NCBI GenBank assembly: GCA_963514005.1
Contig: OY740795.1
Span: 124,001 to 188,000, forward strand
DNA length: 64,000 nucleotides
Reading direction: 5' to 3'
DNA from: Raja brachyura
Taxonomy: Eukaryota
Below are positions 12,797 through 23,620 of the stretch, one piece after another. Position 1 is the stretch's first letter. The number at the start of each line of letters is the position of its first letter. The notes beneath the pieces are model-generated. The model saw only the letters and a list, made by a program, of their open reading frames with translations, made no database searches and was not told the DNA's origin. The position numbers were made by a program, and so were the translations under genes.

Positions 12797-14985
12797 GACA
12801 TAGAAACATAGAAACATGGGGAATAGGTGCAGGATTAGGTCATTTGGCCCTTCGAGCCTACACCGCCAATCAATTCCTTAAAAAGGGAGGGAGAGAGAAA
12901 ACAGCGAATTGCAGACCGGTTAGTCTAACATCGGTAGTGGGGAAACTGCTAGAGCCAGTTATTAAAGATGGGATAGCAGCGCAATTGGAAAGTGGTGAAA
13001 TCATTGGACAAAAACAGCATGGATTTACCAAAGGTAAATCATGTCTGACGAATCTTATTGAATTTTTTGAGGATGTAACTTATAGAGTGGATAAGGGAGA
13101 ACCTGTGGATGTGTTATATCTGGACTTTCAGAAGGCTTTTTGACAAAGTCCCACACAAGAGATTAGTATACAAACTTAAAGCACACGGTATTGGCGGTTC
13201 ATTATTGATGTGGATGGAGAACTGGCTGGCAGACAGGAAGCAAAGAGTATGAGTGAACGGGTCCTTTTCAGGATAGAACGCAGTGACTAGTGGGGTGCCG
13301 CAAGGCTCAGTGCTGGGACCCTAGCTATTTACAATATATAATAATGATTTGGACGAGGGAATTGAATGCAACATCTCGAAGTTTGCGGATGCCACGAAGC
13401 TGGGGGGAAGTTAGCTGTGAGGAGGATGCTAGGTGGCTGCAAGGTGAATTGGATAGACTGGGGGAGTGGGCAAATGCATGGCAGATGCAGTATAATGTGG
13501 ATAAATGTGAGGTTATCCACTTTGGTGGCAAAAACAAGAAGGTAGACTATTATTTGAATGGTGACCGATTAGGAAAAGGGGAGATGCAACGAGACGTGGG
13601 TGTCATGGTGCACCAGACATTGAAAGTAGGCATGCAGGTGCAGCAGGTTGTGAAGAAAGCGAATGGTATGTTGGCATTCATAGAAAAGGGATTTGAGTAC
13701 AAGAACATGGAGGTTCTACTGCAGTTGTACAGGGTCTTGGTGAGGCCACACCTGGAGTATTGTCTACAGTTTTGGCCTCATAATCTGAGGAAAGACATGC
13801 TTGCCATAGAGGGAGTACAGAGAAGGTTCACCAGACTGATTCCTGGGTGGCAGGACTTCCATATGAAGATAGACTGGATAGACTCGGCTTGTACTCGCTG
13901 GAATTTAGAGGGTTTTGGGGGGATCTCATAGAGACATACAAACCTCTTAAGGGGTTGGACCGGCTAGATGTAGGAAGATTGTTCCCGATGTTGGTGAAGT
14001 CCAGGACAAGGGGTCACAGTTTAAGGATAAGGGGGAAGTCTTTTTGGACCGAGATGAGAAAATCTTTGTTCACGCAGAGAGTGGTGAATCTGTGGAATTA
14101 TCTGCCACAGAAGGTAGTTGAGGCCAGATAGTTGGCTATATTTAAGAGGGAGTTAGGTGTGGCCCTTGTGGCTAAAGGGATCAAGGGGGTATAGAGAGAA
14201 GGCAGGTACAGGATGCTCAGTTGGATGATCAGCCCTGATCACATTGAATGGCGGTGCAGGCTCGAAGGGCCGAATGGCCTACTCCTGCACCTAATTTCTA
14301 TGTTTCTATGTCTGTGTTTCTTTAATCATGGCTGATCATCCAACTCAGTATCCCGTACCTGCCTTCTCTCCATGCCCCCTGATCCCTCTAGCCACAAGTG
14401 CCACATCTAACTCCCTCTTAAATATAGCCAATGAACTGGCCTCAACTACCTTCTGTGGCAGAGACTTCCAGATACTCACAACTCTCTGTGAAAAATGTTT
14501 TCCTCATCTCGGTCCTAAATGATTCCCCCCTTATCTTTAATCTGTGACCCCATGTTCTGGACTTCCCCAACATCGGGAACAATCTTCGTGCATCTAGCCT
14601 GTCCCAGTTTACCCAGTCTTTCTTCATATGAAAGTCCTGACATCCCAAGAATCAGTCTGGTGAACCTTCTCTCTACTCCCTCTATAGCAAGAATGTCTTT
14701 CCTCAGATTTGGATACCAAAACTGTACGCAATACTCCAGGTGTGGTGTTACCCAGACCCTGTACAACTGCAGTAGAACCCCCCTGCTCCTATACTCAAAT
14801 CCTTTTGCTATGCAAGCTATCATACCATTCGCTTGCTTCACTGCCTGCTGTGCCTGCATTCCTACTTTCAATAACTGGTATACCATGACACTCAGCTAAC
14901 ACTTCCCCCTGCTTCGTGTCATCCGCAAACTTGGAGATGTAGCATTCAATTCCCTAGCCGAAATAATTAATATATATTGTAATTG
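12797..14985. mobile_element. CR1 cluster between V3 and V4: inverted 3' tail (12797-12875), plus-strand truncated CR1 (~12875-14315), minus-strand truncated CR1 (~14322-14985)
   Basis: RT motifs QHGF, LDFQKAF, VRPHLEYC on both strands; tails facing each other near 14300-14330. Confidence 0.88.
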
Positions 14986-15286
14986 TATATATATACAATT
15001 GTATATATTACAATATATTGTAATATATTGTATTTATTACATGAACTGATTAATGCAACCAAGGGCAGTTCATAGTTCATCTGTTAGTGCTGTGTGGTGT
15101 TCAAGAAGCTAATGTTTGTTTGTCAGATGCAATTCTTCAACTCAATTGTCTTGTTTTTTAATATTAAAAATCGAGTATTAGTGACTGCAAACATACTGGC
15201 GTTGGGACGGGTGCAGCAATCAACGAGGACGCGCCAATGCTGACAAAGCTGCGCTTACGCGCTGATACCTGACGGGGTTCTCTTTT

Positions 15287-15325
15287 AGTTTTTGTACAGG
15301 CTCAGCATAATTCTGCGGCTCCGTG
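15287..15325 (-). promoter_or_regulatory. 23-RSS of V4: CACGGAG, 23 bp, ACAAAAACT
   Basis: Heptamer 15325-15319, nonamer 15295-15287. Confidence 0.88.
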
Positions 15326-16063
15326 GGGTTCAGAGCGCAGTAATAGATCGCCGAGTCTCGGAGCCGCGTTTGTGACACCGTCAGCGGGACCGTTCCTGTC
15401 GAACGGTTGAGTTCCGCAGAAAAACGTTCCCCGGCATTGTTCTTCTCGCCGCCTTTGAATTTCGTTCTGAGCAGAAGAAACTCAAGGGATCCGCCGGGAT
15501 ACTGACGGTACCAGATTAGTCCAAAGCTATCCGTGCTTGCAGTTGTATAGTTGCAGTTCAACTCGGCTTCGTCCCCTTCATTTACTGTTTCCACTACTGC
15601 TGTCTGAGAAACGGCGTCGCCTAGACAATGCCCTGCAAGATTCAGATGTAGAAATTAAATTATTTTATATTATCCCAATATGTTCATACTGGAGAATGCC
15701 CGATATCTTGATACCGATCTGAGGGACAACGGCAGCAAAGAATACTCTCCCCTAAAACGCGCATCAAGGTGGCGGAAAAGCGCTGGGAATTACTGAATTA
15801 AATTGTCTTTAAAGATCATTTAAACCTTTTCATTTTCCTCTGCTCGTCATCTTTCTGTCTTGGGATGGGGAGAATCTTTCAGCACTCGTCCATAAAACAT
15901 GGGTGTATCTCCCTTTCTTAGGCCATTCTATTGCATTCAACCTAGTTGATTGATTAAATATTATGTCCCGTAGTAATATAATACCCAGGCTCGGAAACGC
16001 CGTGAACCTACCGGTTAAGAGAGCTGCAGCTGCAAGAAGCGAACAAATAATCACGGCCAACAT
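15326..16063 (-). CDS. TRAV: TRAV-like V segment (V4), apparently functional: leader 16063-16012, V exon 15632-15326
   Basis: Leader MLAVIICSLLAAAALLT G|gtaggt, acceptor ttgcag, open exon GHCLGDAVSQT..LNCNYT..WYRQYPGG..DSAIYYCALNP. Confidence 0.92.
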
Positions 16064-16659
16064 GTTGTGATTGCTTTGCGAGTGAATATGAACTGAAATG
16101 CTCTCATCGGGAAATATGTTTAACCAGATATTGTGAAAGAGCTGTGGTCTAGGCTCTCTATTCATTGGTTTATTTTTGTCGAGGGCACATCCCCTCGGCA
16201 CAGAGCGAATGTGTTCTCCAACCCCCCCCCCCCCCCGGAATTAGCTCACTCGTTGAATTCCGCCAATCACCTCACTGCTTCTCAGTTGCCAATCATGTCA
16301 AACCTCCTTTGTTTAATGTTCCATTAAATCACAGGAGAGACAAGGCCTGAAGTATGATAAATAACAAACAAAATTCAATAAATTCATAACGTAATCCATG
16401 TGCATTAAAAAGCACGAATTGCTTAGTGCACACACGGACAGTTGATAGTTGATAGGTTAGTGTTGTGTAGTGTTTGAAAGCCTGGCATTTGATTGGAAGA
16501 AACAGTATTTAAATATTGCTCGCATCTCTCTGGCGTTGGGACGGATGCAGCAATCAGCGAAGACGCGCCAATGCTGACAAAGTTGTGCTTACGCGCTGAT
16601 ACCCGACGGGGTGCTCTGGTAGTTTCAGTACAGGCTCAGCCCAATTATGCGCCTCCGTT

Positions 16660-17553
16660 GGGGTCAGAGCGCAGTAATATATTGCCGAGTCACGAAGCCG
16701 CGTTTGCGACACAGTCAACGGGATCGTTCCTGTCAAATGGTTGAGCTCCGCTGAAAAACGTTCTCCAGCACTGTTCTTCTGGGCGGCTTCGAATTTCGGT
16801 CTGAGCAGCAGAAACTCATCGGATCCCCCTGGATACTGACGGTACCAGATTAGTCCAGGATTGCTCGTGATTGTAGCTGTGTAGTTGCAATTCAACGGTG
16901 CGTCATCGCCTTCACTCACTGTTATCATTGCTGGTGTCTGAGAAATGGCGTCGCCTCGACAATGCCCTGCAAGAGTCCGAGTACGAAGTTAAACAACAGA
17001 ACATCACCTGTGTGTCCACAGTCGAACCCCCCACCCCCCCCCCCCCCCTCCTCTATCCTGGTACTGCTTTGAGGTGCAATGGAATTAATAATACCCATCC
17101 CCCAAAAATTAATAATGGTGGGGGGCAGGCGCTGGCAATTACCAAATGAAATTATCTTTAAAGATCATTCAACCATTTCCACCGGCCTCTGCTCGTCACC
17201 ATTGCGTCCCAGAAGGAAAAGGGGAATCGTAGAGCGCTCGTCCGTAGAACACTGGTGTCTTCCAACTGAAGGACTCCACCCAGCCGGGGCTAGTTTCCAG
17301 CTATTAACCTGGACACACCTCAAATTCCCCCAACATCACTATTGAGGAACTGCATCTATATTCCTCTTTGTACTCTTCATTTACTACCCTTCCATTGAAT
17401 CCCTGTCTAAAGTGATTCCATTGCATTCAATGTATTTGAATGATGAGATTTCATGCCCTGAAGTAACATAATATACATGCTTGGAAACGTCGTGAACATA
17501 TCGGTTAAGAGAGCTGCAGCTGTAAGAAGCGAATACATAGTCAATGCCATCAT
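16660..17553 (-). pseudogene. TRAV: TRAV-like V segment (V5): open V exon 16966-16660, but leader (17553-17502) donor is AT instead of GT and the RSS is defective
   Basis: Leader MMALTMYSLLTAAALLT G|atatgt. Exon GHCRGDAISQT..YYCALTP intact. RSS AACGGAG (16659-16653), 23 bp, ACTGAAACT (16629-16621). Confidence 0.85.
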
Positions 17554-17912
17554 GTTTCAATTGCATGGAGAGTGAATATGAACTGAAATCCGGAAAAAGG
17601 TGTCATGTCATATTGTGAATGAGCTGTGATCTAGGCTCTTTATTCATTGGCCTATTCTTGATGGCGTCGCATCCTCTCAACGCAGGGCCTATATGTCTTT
17701 CAACTCCCAGAAATAGCTCCGTTTCTTAATTCCGCCAATCACTTCACTGCTTCTTTGTTGCCCCATCCTATCAAACCTTCATTGTGTTTTGCTCCGTTTC
17801 GTCGCAGGAGGGGCAAGGTCGACAGTAAATGTAGTGGACAGTGTGTCGAAGCCTCTTCTCCAATCTCCACTGTAAAATAACACAGAACCGGTGAACGCAT
17901 GCGAATCTAAAA

Positions 17913-18080
17913 CTTGAGATCTAGATAGGGCTCTTAAATATAGCTGAGTCAGGGGATATGGGGAGAAGGCTGGAACGGGGTACTGATTGGGGATGATCAG
18001 CCATGATCACAGTCAATGCCGGTGCTGGCACGAAGGGCCGAAAGGCCTACTCCTGCACCTATTGTATAATGTCTATTGTT
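17913..18080 (+). mobile_element. Short CR1 3' tail fragment
   Basis: ggggatatggggagaagg..gatcagccatgatcac..gaagggccga..cctactcctgcacct. Confidence 0.7.
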
Positions 18081-18651
18081 GCATGAAGACTATTTTTGAT
18101 AAGTCATTAAGAACAGCCATAATGATTAGTGAGGAATACGGGCAACACACTGGGCCTGGTATGGTAACGAACGGAGATCAACATGATGATTTCAATATGT
18201 TTACACTTGATACATGATTCAGTAGTGTAAATTTGTTGCGTTGCACCTCAGCGCACAATAATTAGAACATAGAACAGTGCAACAGACTTATCCGCCCACA
18301 ATGTCCGTGTCGAACATGATGTCCAGTTAAACTGATTATCTCTGCTGGCATCTCATGAATATGCCCCCATTCCCCGGATATCTTGTGACTGTCTAAAGAC
18401 CGCTATTACTTTCAACGGATCAAAGGTAACCACACAGAGTCGTGTGGATGGGAAATTGTTTTTTTCATCTAGTACCTAGACCGATAAATGTACTCGATAC
18501 AGCACGTGTGGGGAAACTGTTTGGCGTAATTCTGCCGAGGAGATGGTGTGTTTCACGTGGAACACTATTGGAATATTGTAGATGGTGTGGATCGCTCTAG
18601 AAGTTCGCGATCGCGGTTGCATTAGACACACTGTAGATTTCTCACACAACC

Positions 18652-18665
18652 GCGCCATCTGGTAG
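18652..18665 (-). promoter_or_regulatory. CTCF-like motif CTACCAGATGGCGC ~20 bp beyond the V6 RSS
   Basis: 13/14 match to the CTCF core consensus. Confidence 0.65.
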
Positions 18666-18724
18666 CCTCTCGAAAGTGGTCCATCGTACGGTGTTTGGAC
18701 CCTCTATTTCTCGGCAACAGTGTG

Positions 18725-19161
18725 GGCGCCATGGCGCAGTAATATGTCGCAGCGTCCGAAAGGTGTATCCTGGAGATATTTAACGGGAAGGTCTTACTCT
18801 CCTCGTGTAAAACGGCAAAGAATCTTTTGGAAATATCTGGATCTGGTTGGGATAACCCATCGCGGAATCCCTTCAGCACGTATCTCGCTGCATGGCCGCG
18901 ATACTCGATGTACCAGAAGAAGTTGTTAGAAGAGAACTTTGTGGAGTAGTTGCAGTTTAACGTTACGTCCAGCCCTTCCTCGGCCCTCAGCGCAGCCAGA
19001 CTCTGGGACACTGACTCCTCGCAGACTCCTGTAACAATGAATACGACATGCAATCACTCCAGGAAAGAATCTGACTCCCTTGACGGTCACAAACACCACT
19101 TAAACGCCAACTCACTTGCCCGAACGAGAATAAATATCAGGAAGGAGGATAGGGTAAACAT
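18725..19161 (-). CDS. TRAV: TRAV-like V segment (V6), second family: leader 19161-19116, 87-nt intron, V exon 19028-18725; open frame but degenerate RSS nonamer
   Basis: MFTLSSFLIFILVRA A|gtgagt..ttacag|GA, then VCEESVSQ..TLNCNYS..FFWYIEY..RF..KTFPLNISRI..DAATYYCAMAP. Heptamer CACACTG at 18724-18718; 23 bp on reads ACACCGTAC. Confidence 0.88.
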
Positions 19162-19411
19162 AACTCCTAATTGGGACAACGCGCTAAAAAAATGGAGCGG
19201 CCTTAGTTTATTTCCGTCGTGGATTCTGTGCGAATGAAACGGTCAACAGCGTTTTCATCATTTAATGCGCAAGGGGGCGTTTATTTTAGTTACCGTTGTT
19301 GATTGGCCAATTTCCCATACCGAAGGATATTTTTGCACATTTGAAAACGCGCTGTTGTTTCTAACGTCCGTTATTTCTCTTCCTTCTCCCGTCTCTTTCT
19401 CTCTCTTTCTC

Positions 19412-19417
<6 letters not shown>

Positions 19418-19502
<85 letters not shown>
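19418..19502. repeat. (CT)n microsatellite
   Basis: Direct. Confidence 0.95.
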
Positions 19503-19506
<4 letters not shown>

Positions 19507-20500
19507 CTGCCCCCCACCGTTCCACTACACTTTCCTTTTCGCCTTCGCCACTTTCTTTCCCTCTCGGGCTCTCTGATGTTCGCGCTGTCTCTCGGCTCAT
19601 TTAGCTTTCTTTCCACCAATCCATAACATACCATATCGATCTAGCTCTCTTTCTCTTCATTATCTTTTCACGTATGTATGTAAGTATCTATCTCCCATTT
19701 CCCTCTTGCACTTTTCCCCTTTCTCTCTCTCTCGCGTTCATTCGCCGGAAAATCCATGTGAATTCTGCACCTGCTTTTATACTAAAGATTTTTGACCGCA
19801 GTCACCGCCTCGGGGAAAGTTTCGTGGGAAGAAGGTCACCCCTCGGCATTATCCATCTGTCTGGCGGCGTAATCTGTAACCGCCGGCTGAGATACACACC
19901 TCCGCGAAGTAGAGGTACCACAACGCACAGGCATTAGAAGATGGAACAGTACAACACAGGGGTAGACCTTTACAAGAATAAAAAGATGGAACTCCACAAC
20001 ACAGGGATAGGCCTTTCGGCCTACAATGTCTAATCCGACCATGATACCAAGTTAAACCAATCACCTTTATCTGCATCTCATCAATATGCCGTCATCATTT
20101 GCATATCCTGTGTCCATCTATAGACGTTGTTGGATTCAACAAATCCAATTGATCTTCAGAGGCGTGTCGCTGGAAGATGAGGGAATAAATGTTGTTAGAT
20201 CTAATACCATTGCGATAATTAAATAAATAAATACATACATAAATAGATAAATAGATAAATAAGTGGACTGCTCGGTGCGGACTCGGTGGGCCGAAGGGCC
20301 AGTTTCCGCGCTGTATCTCTACTCTACACTGAACTGAACTAAATTAAATATCAAGGGCAGGAAAGGCACTGCTGGAGGATGTCGCTTAGAATATGATGCA
20401 GTTGACATAGAATATGCTGCTGATATTGCGGATGTTACGGAGCGGTTGGTGGTTCGGGATCCCTGCCGCGTAAGATGTACTTCACATTACTTGCGCAACA

Positions 20501-20514
20501 GCGCCCCCTGGGAC
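20501..20514 (-). promoter_or_regulatory. CTCF-like motif GTCCCAGGGGGCGC ~19 bp beyond the V7 nonamer
   Basis: Matches the CTCF core CCASYAGRKGGCRS over its 3' 11 nt. Confidence 0.6.
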
Positions 20515-20533
20515 GACGGATGTCTAGCGCGTG

Positions 20534-20572
20534 GTTTTTTGTGCGAAGCCTCTATCTCTCTCCAACAGTGTG
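20534..20572 (-). promoter_or_regulatory. 23-RSS of V7: CACACTG, 23 bp, ACAAAAAAC
   Basis: Heptamer 20572-20566, nonamer 20542-20534. Confidence 0.9.
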
Positions 20573-20920
20573 GATTCATGGCGCAGTAATATGTCGCAGA
20601 GTCCGCGAGAATTATCCTGGAGATATTTAAAGGAAATGTCTTACGTCCTTTGTGCAAATAAGCAGAAATTCTGTCAGAAAAATCTGGAGACGGAGAGGCC
20701 AACCCATTGCTGACACCCTTCAGCACATATATTGGCGCATCGCCGGGATACTGGATGTACCAGAACAAAGTTACACTGACGGCTGTGGAATAGTTGCAGG
20801 TTAGTGTTACGTCCTGTCCTTCCTCAACCATCAGTGCACCCGGACTCTGGTAGACGGACTCTGAGTCCGAGTCCGGGTCTGGTAGAGCACAATTAGAAAG
20901 AAGGATCGGAGGGAGAACAT
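20573..20920 (-). pseudogene. TRAV: TRAV-like V segment (V7), paralog of V6, leader fused to V without an intron and out of frame by 2 nt
   Basis: ATG at 20920 gives MFSLRSFFLIVLYQT, homologous to the V6 leader and with a homologous upstream region. It runs straight into SDSESVYQSPG..TLTCNYS..LFWYIQYPG..KTFPLNISRI..DSATYYCAMN in another frame. Confidence 0.82.
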
Positions 20921-21192
20921 GACTGCTGATCCGAAAAACGGGCTGCAATAATGGGGCGCTCTCAGTCTCTTTGCGTCGTCGGCTGTGAAAGATTGGAAAC
21001 CTATTTCTGGGGGTTCAACACATTTTGTGCGGAAAGGGGTAGTTCCCTCGCGCGCGGTTAGCGATTGGTTGACGATTGACGAGCGTTTCTTTGCTAATGT
21101 CTGTCATAATCAACGTCAGATACCCAAAAATCTATGCCGTAGGTCTGTCATGAAGAAAACGTCTGTAATATTTTCTCTCTCGCAATACCGCA

Positions 21193-21392
21193 NNNNNNNN
21201 NNNNNNNNNNNNNNNNNNNNNNNNNNNNNNNNNNNNNNNNNNNNNNNNNNNNNNNNNNNNNNNNNNNNNNNNNNNNNNNNNNNNNNNNNNNNNNNNNNNN
21301 NNNNNNNNNNNNNNNNNNNNNNNNNNNNNNNNNNNNNNNNNNNNNNNNNNNNNNNNNNNNNNNNNNNNNNNNNNNNNNNNNNNNNNNNNNNN
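21193..21392. other. Assembly gap
   Basis: Run of N. Confidence 1.
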
Positions 21393-23340
21393 TTCGCAGA
21401 TCTACCCAGATCGATTCCACATCCTCCAAGCTAATGTCCTTCCTTTTTATTGCGTTAATCTCTAACCAGCAACGCTGCTCCACTTCATTTTCCTTTCTGT
21501 CTATCCCTCCTGAATATTGAATATCCCTGGATGGTCAGCTCCCAGCCTTGCTCAGCCTGGAGTCATGTCACCGTGATCCCAACTATATCATATTCATTAA
21601 TAACTATCTGTACATTCAACTCATCCACCTTATTACGAATGCTCGTTGCATTGAGAAACCAAGCCTTCAGGCTTGTTTTTACGACACTCTTACCCCTTAT
21701 GCAATTATGTTGAAAAGTGGCACTTTTTGATTTTTGCCCTGGATTTTCCTGCCTGCCACTTCTACTTTTCATCTTGCTACCTATTGCTTCTACCCTCATC
21801 TTGCATCCCTCTGTCTCTCTGCTCATGCTCCCATCCCCCTGCCACGTTAGTTTAAATCCTCCCTGACAGCACTAGCAAACACGCTCCCAAGGACATTGGT
21901 TCCATTCAAGCCCAGGTGCAGACCGTTCTGTTCGTACTGGTCCCACCTCCCCCAGAACTGATTCCAATGCCCGGGAAATTTGAATCCCTCCCCTTTGCGC
22001 CATTTTTTAAGCCACGTATTCATCTGCAATATCCTCCTATTTCTACTGTGACCAGCACGTGGAACTGGTAGGAATCCAGAGGTTATTACCTTTGAGGTCC
22101 TACTTTTACGTTTATCTCTTAGCTCCCTAAATTCGCCTTGAAGGACCTCATCCCGTTTTTTACCTATATCGTTGGTGCCAATGTGCACCACGACAGCTGG
22201 CTGTTCACCCACCCCTTCCAGAATGTTCTGCAGCCGTTCAGTGACATCCCTGACCCTTGCATCAGGGAGGCAACATACCATCCTGGACTCTCGTTTGCGG
22301 CCGCAGAAACGCCTATCTATTCCCCTTACTTATGAATCCCCTATTACAATAGCCCTTCCACACTTCTTTCTCCCCTCATGTGCCGCAGAGCCACCAATGG
22401 TGCCATGAACTTGGCTGCTGCTGCCTTCCCCTGATGAGCCATCCCCCCCAACAGTATCCAAAATAGTATATCTGTTTAGGAGGGAGATGACCGCAGGGGA
22501 TTACTGCACCACCTGCCTACTGCTACGCTGGGTAATGGCCACCCGTTCCCTTTCTGGTCGCTTAACCTGCGGTGCGACCAACTCACTGTACGTGCTTTTC
22601 ACGAGCTTCTCAGCACCGAGGATGCTCCAGTATGAATCCAACCGCAACTCCAATCGTTCAATGCGGTCTGCCAGGAGCTGCAGCTGGACACACTTCCTGC
22701 AAATGTAGTCACTAAGGACACCGGCAATATCCCTGATCTCCCACATGTTGCAGGATGATCAAACCATGGGGCCGATCTCAAATGAATTGGCTTGCCCCCA
22801 AATTAAATCATCTCACACTATAAAAATCTTAATCCTTTAAACTAACTTTTACTAAAAAGCACTGAACCCTTTAGCCAACTGAACCCTTTAGCTCACTAAA
22901 CCCTTTAGCTCACTGTACCTTTAACTCACTTTACCTTTAACTCACTTTACCTTTAACTCACGGAACCCTTTAACTCACTTTACCTTTAACTCACTTTACC
23001 CTTAACTCACTGAACCATTTAGTTCACTTTACCTTTAACCCACTTTATCTTTAATGCAAACCAGGGGTTGCACCCAATCAGCTGCTTCCATCAATCAGCG
23101 GCTTCCACCAGAACACTTGTGTGGAACGTTACAGGTTTGGGTTCCTCCTCCGCTTGCTCCAACCGCTCCCGGGCTTCTGTTAAAACAAAGCCCCGCGCTC
23201 GATTTTTAAACTCACCACCCGGAGACTCCTCCTCTTGCTCCAACGTCTCCTCGGTCTCTGTTAAAAAAAAGCCCCGCGCTCGATTTCTAAACTCACCACC
23301 CGGAGACTCCTCCTCTTGCTCCAACGTCTCCTGGGCCTCT
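21393..23340 (-). mobile_element. 5' part of a CR1 LINE (5'UTR with 81-bp and 16-bp tandem repeats, ORF1 Zn-finger/SGNH, start of ORF2), cut by the gap
   Basis: MWEI..YICRKCVQL, VHIGTND, NGLHL, NATSIRNK..VGIT motifs. (ctcactttacctttaa)n at ~22860-23055; 81-bp units at ~23145-23335. Confidence 0.88.
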
Positions 23341-23620
23341 GGCCATGGAGGAGGCCCTGAACATAGTGAGGACCACCGCAAATTGGCACCTCATATTTCG
23401 TTTGGGTAGTTTATACCGCAGCGGTATGAACATTGACGTCTCCAATTTCAGACCATCCTTGCTTTCTCCCTCCACCCCTCCTCTTCCAGGCTCGCCCATA
23501 GCACACTGACTCCGCCTGTTCCATTGTTATTCCCGTCCCGCCCCCCCTCCCCCACCACCACATTAATCTGCAGAAGGGCCTCGTCCCGAAACGTCACCTA
23601 TTCCTTCTCTCCATAGATCA
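23340..23620 (+). mobile_element. Penelope-like element 3' remnant with degenerate hammerhead core (23568-23595)
   Basis: cacctcatatttcgtttgggtagt..ggtatgaacattgac (HLIFRLGS..GMNID, GIY-YIG C-terminus) followed by ctgcagaagggcctcgtcccgaaacgtc. Confidence 0.65.

Larger units (their letters stand above)
9830..17830 (-). repeat. Tandem array of four ~1.5-kb V-gene cassettes (promoter, leader, intron, V, RSS, downstream flank)
   Basis: Shared non-coding blocks recur before and after each V, e.g. ttgtgaaagagctgtggtct, gtgaatatgaactgaaat, cctgaagtat. Confidence 0.9.

Noticed and set aside
19265-19634. ER/SL-repeat ORFs (likewise ORFs at 28665-28933, 42706-43072 and 44746-45276)
   Set aside because: Translations of microsatellites or GC-rich repeat sequence.
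705-20920. NARTCR, IgH V or TAILV segments, or D/J segments
   Set aside because: No IgH-type WVRQ/YYCAR or NAR-type frameworks, no 12-RSS pairs or FGxG J motifs seen, and intact V have leaders and no extra CDR1 Cys.
22860-23335. Regular repeats as a CRISPR-like array or repeat protein
   Set aside because: No unique spacers; tandem repeats within a CR1 5'UTR in a vertebrate genome.
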